64,000 nt of DNA from Chitinophagales bacterium (GCA_038209595.1 JBBQXO010000009.1:76-64075), one strand, 5' to 3'. Counted from the stretch's first letter, positions 28,384-39,033 are shown. Notes: generated by a model not told the origin, from the letters alone. Numbers and translations: made by a program.

Positions 28384-29718
28384 TCAGGCACCTTTTATCC
28401 ATGCTTCCCTTTCATCAGGACTGAATTTCCAGGGGGCGAAATTATTTTCGATATTACCAAACATATTATTCCAGTCGCCGGGACTATTACTTTCATCAAG
28501 TATCAGGTAGCGGCGTTGTTTCAGGATGATATCAAGCGGGTTGATGCTAACCGGGCAGACATCCACACAGGCATTACAGGTGGTGCAAGCCCGCAATTCT
28601 TCGGCAGTAATATAATCATGGAGCAGGGATTTGCCATCGTCAACCCATTGCCCATTATTTTTATTGAGCACTTCGCCTACTTCTTCCAACCGGTCTCGGG
28701 TTTTCATCATAATGGTTCGGGGGCTCAGCATTTTGCCAGTCATAGTGGCGGGGCAGGCAGCACTGCAACGGCCGCACTCGGTGCAGCTATAAGCATCAAG
28801 CAGATTTTTCCAACCAAGGTCAAATACATCTTTGGCACCAAATTGTGCCGGCACCTCATCAGGCAGGGCAGAAAGAATAGGATCCTGACTGATATCCTTT
28901 CCCATGGCGAGCGCCACTTCCTTTTGTATTTCGGGCATATTGCCCATCACCACTTTTTCGGGGCGTGCATAATAGGCATTAGGGAAGGCAAACATAATGT
29001 GCAGGTGTTTGCTATATGGCAGATAATTTAAAAATGCGAGGATGCCTGCAATATGCATCCACCATGCTGAGCGCTCAATACCCACAAGCATGTTGGTACC
29101 TATGTTTTCAAAAAGTGGTGTAAGCAAACCACTGATCAGAAAAGGTCCTGTAGCATGATCGCTATAATGATCTACACCCCGTGCCTGTAAAACTGAATCT
29201 GTAGCGTTCATGGTCAGAAACAAACTCATCAGCACAATCTCAATCACAAGAATCAGGTTGGCATCTGTTTTAGGCCATCCCTTCAGATCTGGACTTGAGA
29301 GCCTTCGGATATTCAGTGCATTACGGCGGATTAAAAATATAATACAGGCTACAACAACCAGCGCTGCAAGTATTTCGAAACTGTTGATTAAAAAAGTATA
29401 TAAACCGCCAAGAGTAGGGGCAAATAGCCGGTGCGTACCAAAAAGACCATCTAGCAAAATTTCGAGGACCTCGACATTGATGATGATAAAACCGGCATAC
29501 AAAATAAAGTGCATGACAGCTACAAGCGGGTTTTTAAACATCTTTTTCTGCCCGAAAGCTAGTAAAAAAAGATTTTTCAGCCTTTCCTGTGGATTGGTTA
29601 AGAGGGGTTCATCTTTTCCCAACAGGATGTTACGGCGCATTTGTCCAATACGCTTGCTGAAAATAAAAATGGCAATGCCGGCCATAATGGCAAAGGCAAT
29701 CTGTGGTATAAACTCCAT
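28384..29718 (-). CDS. Membrane-anchored (Fe-S)-binding protein (GlpC/HdrC-like N-terminal half)
   Basis: About 6 TM helices, then two 4Fe-4S motifs, CTECGRCSAACP and CTTCNACVDVCP. Confidence 0.8.
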   Translation of the reverse strand: MEFIPQIAFAIMAGIAIFIFSKRIGQMRRNILLGKDEPLLTNPQERLKNLFLLAFGQKKMFKNPLVAVMHFILYAGFIIINVEVLEILLDGLFGTHRLFAPTLGGLYTFLINSFEILAALVVVACIIFLIRRNALNIRRLSSPDLKGWPKTDANLILVIEIVLMSLFLTMNATDSVLQARGVDHYSDHATGPFLISGLLTPLFENIGTNMLVGIERSAWWMHIAGILAFLNYLPYSKHLHIMFAFPNAYYARPEKVVMGNMPEIQKEVALAMGKDISQDPILSALPDEVPAQFGAKDVFDLGWKNLLDAYSCTECGRCSAACPATMTGKMLSPRTIMMKTRDRLEEVGEVLNKNNGQWVDDGKSLLHDYITAEELRACTTCNACVDVCPVSINPLDIILKQRRYLILDESNSPGDWNNMFGNIENNFAPWKFSPDEREAWIKGA

Positions 29719-29754
29719 GGTGATTCTATATTCTGAAAGGTAAAATTACAGACC

Positions 29755-30303
29755 ATGCACCGGTTTCTGATACTTTGTGGTTATTTTGCCACAATAACTA
29801 CCCAAATAGTGGTCAAAAAATATATATTGAACCAAAGTCAGGCACACCTGAAGCTTCAGCGGATGGCTTTACAAATACTGGAGCGGAACACGCAGGCACG
29901 TAAAATTGTGCTCGCAGGGATTGCTCCCAACGGCAGCCTGATGGCTGGAAAGTTGCAAGAATGGCTTCAGGATAAGGGGGATTTTACGGTAGAAATACAG
30001 GAAATAACCATGAATAAAAGACTACCCGAAGTGGTTGCCGTAGTTCCAGAGCTGAACCTTGAAGGGGCTGTTGTGATCCTTGTGGACGATGTAGCCAATA
30101 GCGGCAGAACTTTGACTTATGCCCTCAAACCTTTTTTAAACCAGCATCCTTACAGCATTCAAACGCTTGTGCTGGTAGATCGTACGCATAAAAAGTTTCC
30201 TATACAACCCGATTATGTAGGGTTTTCGTTGGCGAGTACCTTGGAAGAGTATATAGATCTGGATATTGAAGATGGCGAAATAAAAGGAGCATGGATGCAA
30301 TAA
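29755..30303 (+). CDS. Phosphoribosyltransferase (PyrR-like), start uncertain
   Basis: PRPP loop VILVDDVANSGRTLTYAL. The true start may be the GTG at 29809. Confidence 0.75.
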   Translation: MHRFLILCGYFATITTQIVVKKYILNQSQAHLKLQRMALQILERNTQARKIVLAGIAPNGSLMAGKLQEWLQDKGDFTVEIQEITMNKRLPEVVAVVPELNLEGAVVILVDDVANSGRTLTYALKPFLNQHPYSIQTLVLVDRTHKKFPIQPDYVGFSLASTLEEYIDLDIEDGEIKGAWMQ

Positions 30304-32682
30304 TTAAATTTTGAAGTTCCAGGTTACACTTGGGATGATGGGAAAAATACTTACCTGTACTGCTTCTATTTGCTGGGTACCTTGTAACGGGTCTCCGTCC
30401 TGCCCGAAAAATATAAAATAAGGGTTCAACCGGCTGTACACATTGTATGCCCCGAAGACCCAACTACTTTTAAATTTCTTTTTACTATTGGGTTTAGGAG
30501 TGTAGGTAAAGCTTATATCTGCCCGATGGTAGGCGGGCAACCTATACGCATTTATGCTGCTGAATTCCTGCGTAAGTACTCCATCCACAATAAAAAATCT
30601 TTCTGGAAAAGTAGCAGCATTTCCTGAGGCATATATAAATACACCACCCATTTTCCATTTTTTTGATAGTTCGTAATTGGCAACTACACTTATATCGTGT
30701 CGGCGGTCAAATTTAGCAGGATATTTTTTGCCCTCATTCAAATCTGGAAACTTGCGCCAGGTCCAGCTTAGCGTGTAGCCAATCCAGCCATTAAGCCTGC
30801 CACGGGTTTTGTTTATAAAAAATTCTGCCCCATAGCTCCAGCCTTTTCCAAATACGAAATCTTCTTCAGGATCGTTGAGGCTTGGGGTATAGCCTTCGCG
30901 ATATTCTATCTGGCTTTCCATAGTTTTATAATAAATCTCTACAGAGGTTTCCCATTTATTGCGCTCAAAGTTTTTGAAATATCCTAATGCATATTGCCAC
31001 CCGGTTTGGGGTGGCACTCTGAATGTGCTCGATACCCATAAATCTGTCGGGAGGGTAGAAGCACTGTTGGTAGCAAGGTGAATATATTGCAGATTGCGTG
31101 TAATGCCACCTTTCAGTGCGGTGGTAGCATCAAGTTTGTACCTTCCTGTTAGCCGTGGTTCAAGTCCTCCATACCTTTTTACCGTTTTACCTTTTCCAAA
31201 ACGTTGGGTACTTATAACGTTTCCGTCGGCATCTTTTACTTCCTGATTATAAGGACCTACCTGTGCAAAACCACTCCAGCGTAATCCTGCATTCAATTGT
31301 AGTTTCGGGCTTATTTCCCAATCGTCTTGCACAAACAATGCATAATCCCGGGCATATTTATTGGCGGTATTTTGCGTAGGCAGTTCGGTTTCGCCCTGGC
31401 TACCCGAAAACTGATTGGGTAAAAAAGTATGGAAAATATATTGACCGCCAAATTTTACGCGGTGTTCAGGAGCCGGGTACCAATCAAAATCCACTTTTGC
31501 ATTCAAATCTCGAATACCACTTGATAAAACCACGCGGAAATCATTTTGGGTAGCATCAAATTTGAATTTATAATCATTGTACACCAGTGTGGTATTGGCA
31601 AAAAGTTTGCGATTGAATACATGATTCCAGCGCAACGTACCGGTTCGGTTTCCCCAGGGAACATTGGTTTTAAAGTCGCGTTGGGCACTGTTAAAATTAA
31701 AAACATCCTGTCCCATATACCCGCTTATAAAAAGCCTGTCTTTTTCACTTAGCTTAAAATTGACCTTCATATTCAAGTCAAAAAAAAAGTAGCCGCTCCC
31801 AAACAAGTTGGCAGTTTTCGGAATAAACGGCTTCACCAGCGCATCTATATAGGTACGTCGGGCCGAAAGCATAAAGGAGGATTTCCCTTTTTCAATAGGA
31901 CCCTGTGCCGAAATACGGGAAGCAATCAATCCGATACCCCCTTCTGCTTCGTATTCCTGATTATTGCCATCTTTCATGGTAATATCTATCACACTACTAA
32001 GTCTTCCGCCAAATTGGGCCGGCATACCGCCCTTAATGAGCGATACATTTTTCACGGCATCGCCGTTAAATACAGAAAAGAACCCGAACAAATGGCCCGG
32101 ATTGTACACCACGGCATCATCGAGCATAATCAGGTTTTGGTCGGGACCCCCTCCACGAACGTAAATGCCGGCATTACCTTCGCCGGCATTGCTAACCCCA
32201 GGTAAAAATTGTAAAGCTTTCAGTACATCTACTTCGCCCAGCAGCGCCGGAATTTGTTTTATTTTTTCAATGGAAAGATCAAACCGCCCCATTTGTGCAG
32301 CGGCAATATTGCGATCCCGGCGCTCGGCGGTAACTATTACTTCGTTGTTTACCCGGTAGGAAGCAGGTACTAACTGGCAACTGAAGTCCAGGCTGCTGTC
32401 CAATTGCACAGTAATGGCTTTGGGCTCGTAACCGGCAAAGGAAAACCCTATCAGGTAGCGCCCTTTCTCAAGGGTAATGGAGTAAAATCCATAATTATTA
32501 CTGGTTACTCCTTTATTGCTGTTAGCAATAGATAAACTGGCACCAATCAGGTTCTCTCCGCTAATAGAATCAGTTATATAACCGTTCAGCGTGTATTTCT
32601 GACCAAACGTAAACTGCGGGAAAATGGAACCTCCAAAAAAGAAAAGGATCGTCCAGAGAAAAAAGGTGCGGGTGTGTTTCAT
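30304..32682 (-). CDS. TonB-dependent receptor with N-terminal CarboxypepD_reg domain
   Basis: Signal peptide MKHTRTFFLWTILFF, GYITDSISGENLIGASL, a plug domain, and a beta-barrel ending in an aromatic C-terminus ...VTWNFKI. Confidence 0.88.
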   Translation of the reverse strand: MKHTRTFFLWTILFFFGGSIFPQFTFGQKYTLNGYITDSISGENLIGASLSIANSNKGVTSNNYGFYSITLEKGRYLIGFSFAGYEPKAITVQLDSSLDFSCQLVPASYRVNNEVIVTAERRDRNIAAAQMGRFDLSIEKIKQIPALLGEVDVLKALQFLPGVSNAGEGNAGIYVRGGGPDQNLIMLDDAVVYNPGHLFGFFSVFNGDAVKNVSLIKGGMPAQFGGRLSSVIDITMKDGNNQEYEAEGGIGLIASRISAQGPIEKGKSSFMLSARRTYIDALVKPFIPKTANLFGSGYFFFDLNMKVNFKLSEKDRLFISGYMGQDVFNFNSAQRDFKTNVPWGNRTGTLRWNHVFNRKLFANTTLVYNDYKFKFDATQNDFRVVLSSGIRDLNAKVDFDWYPAPEHRVKFGGQYIFHTFLPNQFSGSQGETELPTQNTANKYARDYALFVQDDWEISPKLQLNAGLRWSGFAQVGPYNQEVKDADGNVISTQRFGKGKTVKRYGGLEPRLTGRYKLDATTALKGGITRNLQYIHLATNSASTLPTDLWVSSTFRVPPQTGWQYALGYFKNFERNKWETSVEIYYKTMESQIEYREGYTPSLNDPEEDFVFGKGWSYGAEFFINKTRGRLNGWIGYTLSWTWRKFPDLNEGKKYPAKFDRRHDISVVANYELSKKWKMGGVFIYASGNAATFPERFFIVDGVLTQEFSSINAYRLPAYHRADISFTYTPKPNSKKKFKSSWVFGAYNVYSRLNPYFIFFGQDGDPLQGTQQIEAVQVSIFPIIPSVTWNFKI

Positions 32683-32742
32683 GAAAAATATATCGGTCAT
32701 GTGCGTATATGGAATACTGTAAATTGTTTTTGGTAAAAGCAT

Positions 32743-33327
32743 TTATCTGAGATTGAGGGAATCAATTACCTCACCACAATGCAACATTGATTCGCCAAAA
32801 TAAGGATTGATTACATTGTTGCTATTGCTTAACCAATATGCGCCATTATTGTTAAAAGCCATCGGGCAGTATTGCTTGTAAATTTTACTGCCAGTGTAAC
32901 GGATGGTCCTCATAAGATCAAATAGGGCATCGCTTATCATCTGCAAGCTTCGACGTTTGTCCTCCAAATTAGGTTCCAGTTGCAGGGCTTCGAGCTCTCT
33001 TGAGATAGTTCCGGCCAGCATATCAGCCTGCATTTTTATCGGTTCTGCTGCTTCAATGGCGCCAAAATCAAGGAGGGAAATGCTGCTGTCATATTGCCGG
33101 GCTGCCCGGTTTATTAACACAATATCGCTTTTTATAAAGGCATCTTTCATTTTCAGGTAGGCAATGAACTGATTGTTGAAATCGAGCCTGAAACCCGTGT
33201 CATTAGATTGGATGGAGTATGGATCCGCTTTTTCATCGGCAGCAGAAGGTTTATCAGGCAGAACATATTTGAAGAAAATAAAAACAGCTGCGGCCAGCAA
33301 AAGCAAAAGGAGTAATATTCTTTTCAT
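32743..33327 (-). CDS. DUF3347 domain protein
   Basis: Signal or anchor segment; C-terminal CPMAFNNNGAYWLS...NPYFGESMLHCG motif. Confidence 0.7.
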   Translation of the reverse strand: MKRILLLLLLLAAAVFIFFKYVLPDKPSAADEKADPYSIQSNDTGFRLDFNNQFIAYLKMKDAFIKSDIVLINRAARQYDSSISLLDFGAIEAAEPIKMQADMLAGTISRELEALQLEPNLEDKRRSLQMISDALFDLMRTIRYTGSKIYKQYCPMAFNNNGAYWLSNSNNVINPYFGESMLHCGEVIDSLNLR

Positions 33328-33431
33328 AACAGAGTCTTAAATGAACGAATCAAAGGTACAAATTTGATCTTCGATGCAGCTTACCGCTTACAACACCTTT
33401 TCAATTGATTGGCGGCTTGTACCTTTGCACC

Positions 33432-35393
33432 ATGTTAGTAGGATTAACCAATGTAACTTTTGAGTTTGGCGCCCGTGCCATTGTTAAAGATGCCACATGG
33501 CATATACACCCCAATGAAAGGATTGGATTGATCGGTTATAATGGTACCGGCAAGTCAACCCTTTTGAAACTGTTTGTAGGAGAGTATACTGTTTCCGGGG
33601 GTACCGTGGAAAAAGGTAAGGATGTAACGATTGGTTATTTGCACCAGGATTTGCTGAGCCAGGACATCCGGAAATCCATTTTGGAAGTAGCGATGGATGC
33701 TTTTGAAGAAGCAAGAAAGGTACAGCGGGAGCTGCACCAGTTGGAAAAACAGTTAGAAACCGATGCCAACAACGAACCACTTCTTGAAAAATATTCGCAT
33801 TTATTACACGATTTCGAGGTAGCCGGAGGTTATACCATGGAGTATCAGGCCGAAGAAATTCTGCATGGACTTGGATTTGAAACCGATCAGTTCTCTAAGC
33901 CTTTTCAGCAATTCAGCGGTGGCTGGCGGATGCGGGTGCTTTTGGCTAAAATGATTTTGCAGAATCCGGATGTGCTCTTGCTTGATGAACCGACCAACCA
34001 CCTTGACCTTCCTTCCATTGAATGGCTTGAAAAATACCTGCAGCATTACGAAGGCAGTGTTATCATAGTTAGCCACGACAAATTCTTTTTGAACCGGATG
34101 GTAAAAAAGATTGTGGAGCTGTACCAACAGGAATTACATATTTATTCGGGTAATTACGATTATTTCGAAAAAGAGAAGATAGAACGTATAGAAATGCAGA
34201 AACGCGCTTTTGAAAACCAGCAGGATTACATCCGGCAGCAAGAGCGTTTTATTGAGCGTTTCAAGGCCAAAGCCAGCAAAGCGGCTCAAGCCCAAAGTGC
34301 CATGAAGCGGCTTGAAAAGCTTGATGTGATTGATAGTGTAGAGCTTGAGCGCCCAAATATCAGGATCAATTTCATGATTGATCAGCAACCGGGAAAAGTA
34401 CTTTGTACGCTTAAGAATGTCAGTAAATCTTACGGTAATCTGAATATTCTGAGTGATACAGGTATCGAATTTAACCGGGGAGATAAGGTAGCCTTGATCG
34501 GTGCCAATGGTAAGGGAAAATCTACTCTTTTACGAATTATTGCTGGTCAGGAGCAAATAGAGGGCACCCGGATATGGGGCCACAATGTAAAAGAGGCCTT
34601 TTATGCACAGCACCAATTGGAAGCCTTGGAGGTAACCAATAATATATTACAGGAAATGAGTACTAGTCAGGCGGGTAAAACTGAACAGGAGTACAGAAGT
34701 TTGTTGGGTTGTTTTCTTTTTAGTGGTGAAGAGGTAGAGAAAAAGATCCGCGTACTGAGTGGGGGAGAAAAAGCAAGGGTGGCACTTGCCAAAACCATTG
34801 TGAGCAAAGCCAACTTCCTGATGCTTGATGAACCTACCAACCACCTTGATATGCATAGTGTGGATTTGTTGGTAGAGGCTTTGAATCGCTACGAGGGAAG
34901 TATCATCCTTGTGAGCCACGACCGGTATTTTATCAGTAAGGTGGCTAATGTTTTCTGGGAAATTATTGACCATAAGATCCGCGAATTCAGGGGGACCTAT
35001 GAAGAATATACCATTTGGAAGGAGAAAATAATGGCGCAGCGGGAAGCAAATGGGGTGCAAGCTGTGCAGGCTCCGGTAAAAGTGGTTGCAAAAGAGGAAA
35101 AGCAGGTGGTTGCTGAAAAAAGCAAACCGATCAATAAGGATTTGCAAAAGGATATACAGAAGCAGCAAAAACATTTTGAAAGGCTGGAGCAGGATATTGT
35201 AAAGAAAAAAGACGAAATGGCTGCTAAAGAGGCTTTGCTTGCCAAACCTGAAATTTATGGCGACCCTCAGAAATTTAAGGAGACCGAGGGCGCTTACACG
35301 CAATTGCAGCACGGACTTACCAAAATACAGGAAGAGTATGAGCAGGTATTTGAGAAATTGATGACCCTGGAAGAGGCTTTCAATGCTGGCTAA
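33432..35393 (+). CDS. ABC-F family ATPase (no TM domain)
   Basis: Two ABC cassettes (GYNGTGKST / LSGGWRMR / LLLDEPTNHLD and GANGKGKST / LSGGEKARV / MLDEPTNHLD) plus a charged C-terminal coiled coil. Confidence 0.9.
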   Translation: MLVGLTNVTFEFGARAIVKDATWHIHPNERIGLIGYNGTGKSTLLKLFVGEYTVSGGTVEKGKDVTIGYLHQDLLSQDIRKSILEVAMDAFEEARKVQRELHQLEKQLETDANNEPLLEKYSHLLHDFEVAGGYTMEYQAEEILHGLGFETDQFSKPFQQFSGGWRMRVLLAKMILQNPDVLLLDEPTNHLDLPSIEWLEKYLQHYEGSVIIVSHDKFFLNRMVKKIVELYQQELHIYSGNYDYFEKEKIERIEMQKRAFENQQDYIRQQERFIERFKAKASKAAQAQSAMKRLEKLDVIDSVELERPNIRINFMIDQQPGKVLCTLKNVSKSYGNLNILSDTGIEFNRGDKVALIGANGKGKSTLLRIIAGQEQIEGTRIWGHNVKEAFYAQHQLEALEVTNNILQEMSTSQAGKTEQEYRSLLGCFLFSGEEVEKKIRVLSGGEKARVALAKTIVSKANFLMLDEPTNHLDMHSVDLLVEALNRYEGSIILVSHDRYFISKVANVFWEIIDHKIREFRGTYEEYTIWKEKIMAQREANGVQAVQAPVKVVAKEEKQVVAEKSKPINKDLQKDIQKQQKHFERLEQDIVKKKDEMAAKEALLAKPEIYGDPQKFKETEGAYTQLQHGLTKIQEEYEQVFEKLMTLEEAFNAG

Positions 35394-35417
35394 TCTTTGT
35401 CAAAAAGGCTAATGGTT

Positions 35418-36155
35418 TTACAATTTGCTTAATTTCTTAAAAGAAAGGTTGAGTATAGGAAATCTTTTGGCATTTGGAAGGCTGTAATGCCACCATTCGG
35501 TGGAAAGCGCCACAAACCCAAAATGTTCCATAATATTTTTGAGTAAATCGCGATTGGCTGCTTTTTTTAGGTCAATACCAGGGAACCCATGGTGGGCGGA
35601 ATCTGAAAAATGGTCGTATCTGGTTGGCATTTCCAATGGTTCTCCGGTTCGGGCATCGGCAAGGGTCAGGTCTATAGATACACCCCTGTTATGACCGCTT
35701 CCGTTTTTCGGATTGGCGGCATATCGTTCATCGGGTACTATTTTCCACATCTTTTCTGTTACTGCGTAGGGACGGTAAGCATCATAAACAAGGATGGATA
35801 AACCAATAGTAAGCAGGCTGTCTTGAACCGAACTCAGCCGGGTTGCGGCCTCCTGACACAAATAAAGTTCCGGATTTTTATAAAGGACCCGCCCGGTAAA
35901 ATTGTTGGATGTGGCGTAAAATACTTCATGGTACAGGGGTTTTATGCTTTCTTTAAGAGGTACCAGATTCAACCCTTTATTTTTACTCAACCAGGAACGG
36001 TATTGGGAAGCTGAATTTATTATAAATAGCTTATTATCAACTGGTTGGCTATGAATATGACTGGGTAAAACCCAACCTGATATAACTAGTAAAACCGCTG
36101 ATAAGCGTCTTTTGAAATGGTAAAATTGCATTAACGATTGCACAAAAAGAAACAT
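35418..36155 (-). CDS. D-alanyl-D-alanine dipeptidase (VanX/DdpX-like, peptidase M15)
   Basis: YDAYRP, SGHNRGVSIDLTL and EWWHY motifs. Confidence 0.85.
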   Translation of the reverse strand: MFLFVQSLMQFYHFKRRLSAVLLVISGWVLPSHIHSQPVDNKLFIINSASQYRSWLSKNKGLNLVPLKESIKPLYHEVFYATSNNFTGRVLYKNPELYLCQEAATRLSSVQDSLLTIGLSILVYDAYRPYAVTEKMWKIVPDERYAANPKNGSGHNRGVSIDLTLADARTGEPLEMPTRYDHFSDSAHHGFPGIDLKKAANRDLLKNIMEHFGFVALSTEWWHYSLPNAKRFPILNLSFKKLSKL

Positions 36156-36327
36156 TGAATGGGTTACAAAAGCACCTTTGCCGGTATGAAAGGTAAGTTT
36201 TTTGTGTAGAACTTACACACAGGTGTTCATAATCTACTATTGCATTTGAACACCAAATGTCTTTTCTTTATAGGATGAAAATATTTTCGCCGTAATAGAG
36301 GACTATTTTTTCACCAAAAATGAAAAT

Positions 36328-36771
36328 ATGAATTTAATTAAAAAAGTAAACATCGGGTTTCTTAAAATCAGTTTTTTTTCGATCCTTATGTTTAGCCTTC
36401 TTTCTTTCTCTTCAAAAGCGAGTGACAATTTACCGGGTCGTCCTGATGACAGAACCAAGGTGAAAACAGGATCAGCAAGTTTCTATGCCAATTTTTTTGT
36501 TGGTAGAAAAACAGCTAATGGAGAAATTTTTTCCCAGGAAAAATTAACCTGCGCAAGCAATGTGTATCCTTTGGGTACCTGGTTAAGGGTTACGCATGCC
36601 AAAAATGGCAAAAGCGTCATTGTAAAAGTAAATGACCGGATGCACCCCCGCATGAAGCGAGTGGTTGATCTGAGCAAACTCGCTGCAAAAGAGTTAGGTA
36701 TGATTGCTGCGGGAGTTGTACAAGTGAAAGTAGAAAGCTTGGGCAAGAAAAAGCCGAAAGCTTCCATGTAA
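36328..36771 (+). CDS. RlpA-like double-psi beta-barrel (septal ring lytic transglycosylase family) protein
   Basis: GSASFYANFFVGRKTANGE...VKVNDR motifs. Confidence 0.8.
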   Translation: MNLIKKVNIGFLKISFFSILMFSLLSFSSKASDNLPGRPDDRTKVKTGSASFYANFFVGRKTANGEIFSQEKLTCASNVYPLGTWLRVTHAKNGKSVIVKVNDRMHPRMKRVVDLSKLAAKELGMIAAGVVQVKVESLGKKKPKASM

Positions 36772-36791
36772 ACGAAAAGTGTTTAAATTTT

Positions 36792-36829
36792 AAAAAGTAA
36801 AAAGGTACCTTAGGGTGCCTTTTTACTTT
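36792..36829 (+). terminator. Intrinsic terminator after the rlpA-like gene
   Basis: AAAAGTAAAAAGGTACC-TTAG-GGTGCCTTTTTACTTTT. Confidence 0.7.
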
Positions 36830-37032
36830 TACACCCAAAGGCGGAAAGTTCGCTTTTTCAGGGGTCTTTTTTGTAAAAGGAAGCTGATTGAATCCAATAA
36901 GTACAAAAAGCAGTCAGCGGATAACCCATTCAGTGGATTATTTAGAAAAATACGTAAAAAATACACAGTTTCATTAGGTGGGTAGCAGATATACTCATTA
37001 CATTTGTTCTTTCATACGTACCCCTTTGTAAA

Positions 37033-39033
37033 GTGGCAAAACAGGAATTAAACAAAGTAACTTCAGCAGGGCTGTTGGTTGCTCTCGGGATCATCTACGG
37101 CGATATTGGTACATCTCCGCTTTATGTTTTCAACTCTATTATTTACGATCGTGTTATCAGTCCTGAATTAATCATCGGTGCCTTGTCCTGTATTTTCTGG
37201 ACCATGACGCTTCAAACTACGATCAAGTATGTCATCCTGATTTTAAGAGCAGATAATAAGGGAGAAGGTGGCATTTTTGCCTTGTACGCGCTTGTTCGCC
37301 GCAGACGTAAATGGCTTGTAATTCCGGCAATGATTGGTGGCGCGGCACTCTTAGCAGATGGAATTATCACTCCGCCTATATCCATTACTTCTGCAGTGGA
37401 AGGTTTGGCCAAACTACCTTCGCTGCAAGGTATTGGTACTGATACCATTGTGATAATAGTACTTAGCATCCTTGTGGTTTTCTTTTTTACCCAGCAATTT
37501 GGCACCCATAGTATTGGCAGTCTGTTTGGACCCATAATGACAATATGGTTTGTAATGCTTGCGGTATTGGGTTTGTTGCATTTTTTCGACGATCTTTCTA
37601 TACTAAAGGCTTTTAACCCATGGTATGCAGGTAGGTTTCTGGTAGCCTATCCGGAGGGTTTCTGGCTGTTGGGGGCAGTTTTCCTCTGTACCACGGGTGC
37701 TGAGGCACTCTATAGCGATCTCGGTCACTGCGGTAGGGAGAATATCCGGATATCCTGGGTTTTTGTAAAAACCTGTTTATTGTTCAACTATTTTGGACAA
37801 GGTGCCAATTTGTTGGCACACCATAGCGGCTTGCTGATAGATCAGGCGGCAAGAGAAAACCTTAAAATCAATGCTTTTTACGATCTGATGCCTGAGTGGT
37901 TTGTTTTGGCGGGTGTTATTATTGCCACTACAGCTGCTATTATTGCAAGTCAGGCGATGATTTCCGGGTCTTTTACCCTGATCAGTGAGGCCATGCGATT
38001 GAATTTATGGCCTAAATTAAAAGTTCGATACCCTTCAGAAACAAGGGGGCAATTGTTTATTCCAAGTCTCAACCTTATTATTTTTTCGGGTTGTGTGGGT
38101 GTCGTATTGTATTTCCGGGAGTCGGCTAAAATGGAGGCTGCATATGGGTTGGCCATTGTTATTACTATGTTAGCCACTACCATCCTTTTTGCCAATTATA
38201 TGGTTCTTCACCGGATTAGGAAACTGTATATATGGGCATTTTTAATTGTTTACATGCTTGTGGAAGGGATGTTTCTGGTGGCTTTGCTCAAGAAGTTCCC
38301 ACATGGAGGCTATTTTACCATCATCATTGGAGCCATTCTTTTTACCGTCATGTTTGTTTATTACCGGTCAAGGAAAATTAAAAATCGCTACGTTGAATTT
38401 GTCAGACTTGAAAATTATATTCCACAGATTCAGGAACTCAGCAACGATAAAAGCGTTCCTAAATTTGCAACCCATCTCATTTATCTGACAAGTGCTAACA
38501 ATCCTAAGGAAATTGAGCACAAGATTATTTACAGCATCCTGAACAGGAAACCCAAGCGGGCGGATATTTATTGGATTATCCACGTAGATACCCTTGATGA
38601 TCCATATACCTGCGAATACCATGTTGATCATATTATTCCAAATGACATTATCCGGGTGGAGTTCAGGCTGGGGTTCCGGGTACAACCTCGTATCAACCTG
38701 ATGTTCCGGAAAGTAATTGAGGAACTGGTGGCCAATAAGGAGGTTAACATTACAAGCCGGTATGAGAGTCTGGAAAAAAATAATGTGGTGGGCGATTTTC
38801 AGTTTATTGTAATGGAAAAATACCTGAGTGCTGATAATGACCTTCCTTTTTATGAAAAGGTTATTATGAAATTGTACTTCATGATCAAATCTGTGGGATT
38901 GAGCGAAGAAAAAGGATTTGGATTGGATACGAGCTATGTAAATGTTGAAAAGTTCCCCTTGATTGTAGCGCCGGTAAGTGATTTACAACTTACCCGGGTA
39001 ACTTATGATCAGGATAATGAAATGCAGTTTTAG
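37033..39033 (+). CDS. kup: KUP/HAK/KT potassium uptake protein (GTG start)
   Basis: GIIYGDIGTSPLYV, GEGGIFAL, TGAEALYSDLGHCG motifs. Confidence 0.92.
   Translation: MAKQELNKVTSAGLLVALGIIYGDIGTSPLYVFNSIIYDRVISPELIIGALSCIFWTMTLQTTIKYVILILRADNKGEGGIFALYALVRRRRKWLVIPAMIGGAALLADGIITPPISITSAVEGLAKLPSLQGIGTDTIVIIVLSILVVFFFTQQFGTHSIGSLFGPIMTIWFVMLAVLGLLHFFDDLSILKAFNPWYAGRFLVAYPEGFWLLGAVFLCTTGAEALYSDLGHCGRENIRISWVFVKTCLLFNYFGQGANLLAHHSGLLIDQAARENLKINAFYDLMPEWFVLAGVIIATTAAIIASQAMISGSFTLISEAMRLNLWPKLKVRYPSETRGQLFIPSLNLIIFSGCVGVVLYFRESAKMEAAYGLAIVITMLATTILFANYMVLHRIRKLYIWAFLIVYMLVEGMFLVALLKKFPHGGYFTIIIGAILFTVMFVYYRSRKIKNRYVEFVRLENYIPQIQELSNDKSVPKFATHLIYLTSANNPKEIEHKIIYSILNRKPKRADIYWIIHVDTLDDPYTCEYHVDHIIPNDIIRVEFRLGFRVQPRINLMFRKVIEELVANKEVNITSRYESLEKNNVVGDFQFIVMEKYLSADNDLPFYEKVIMKLYFMIKSVGLSEEKGFGLDTSYVNVEKFPLIVAPVSDLQLTRVTYDQDNEMQF

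Noticed and set aside
30301-30306. Convergent genes that meet stop to stop with no spacer (30303/30304), or overlap by 4 nt (62416-62419).
   Set aside because: Tight convergent packing is not rare in compact bacterial genomes, and I saw no shared hairpin or regulatory feature at either junction.
36772-37032. Possible riboswitch (e.g. c-di-AMP) upstream of the kup potassium transporter gene.
   Set aside because: Apart from the rlpA-like gene terminator, I could not identify the conserved pseudo-symmetric helices or ACGR-type motifs. A cmscan would be needed, and I found nothing supportive by eye.
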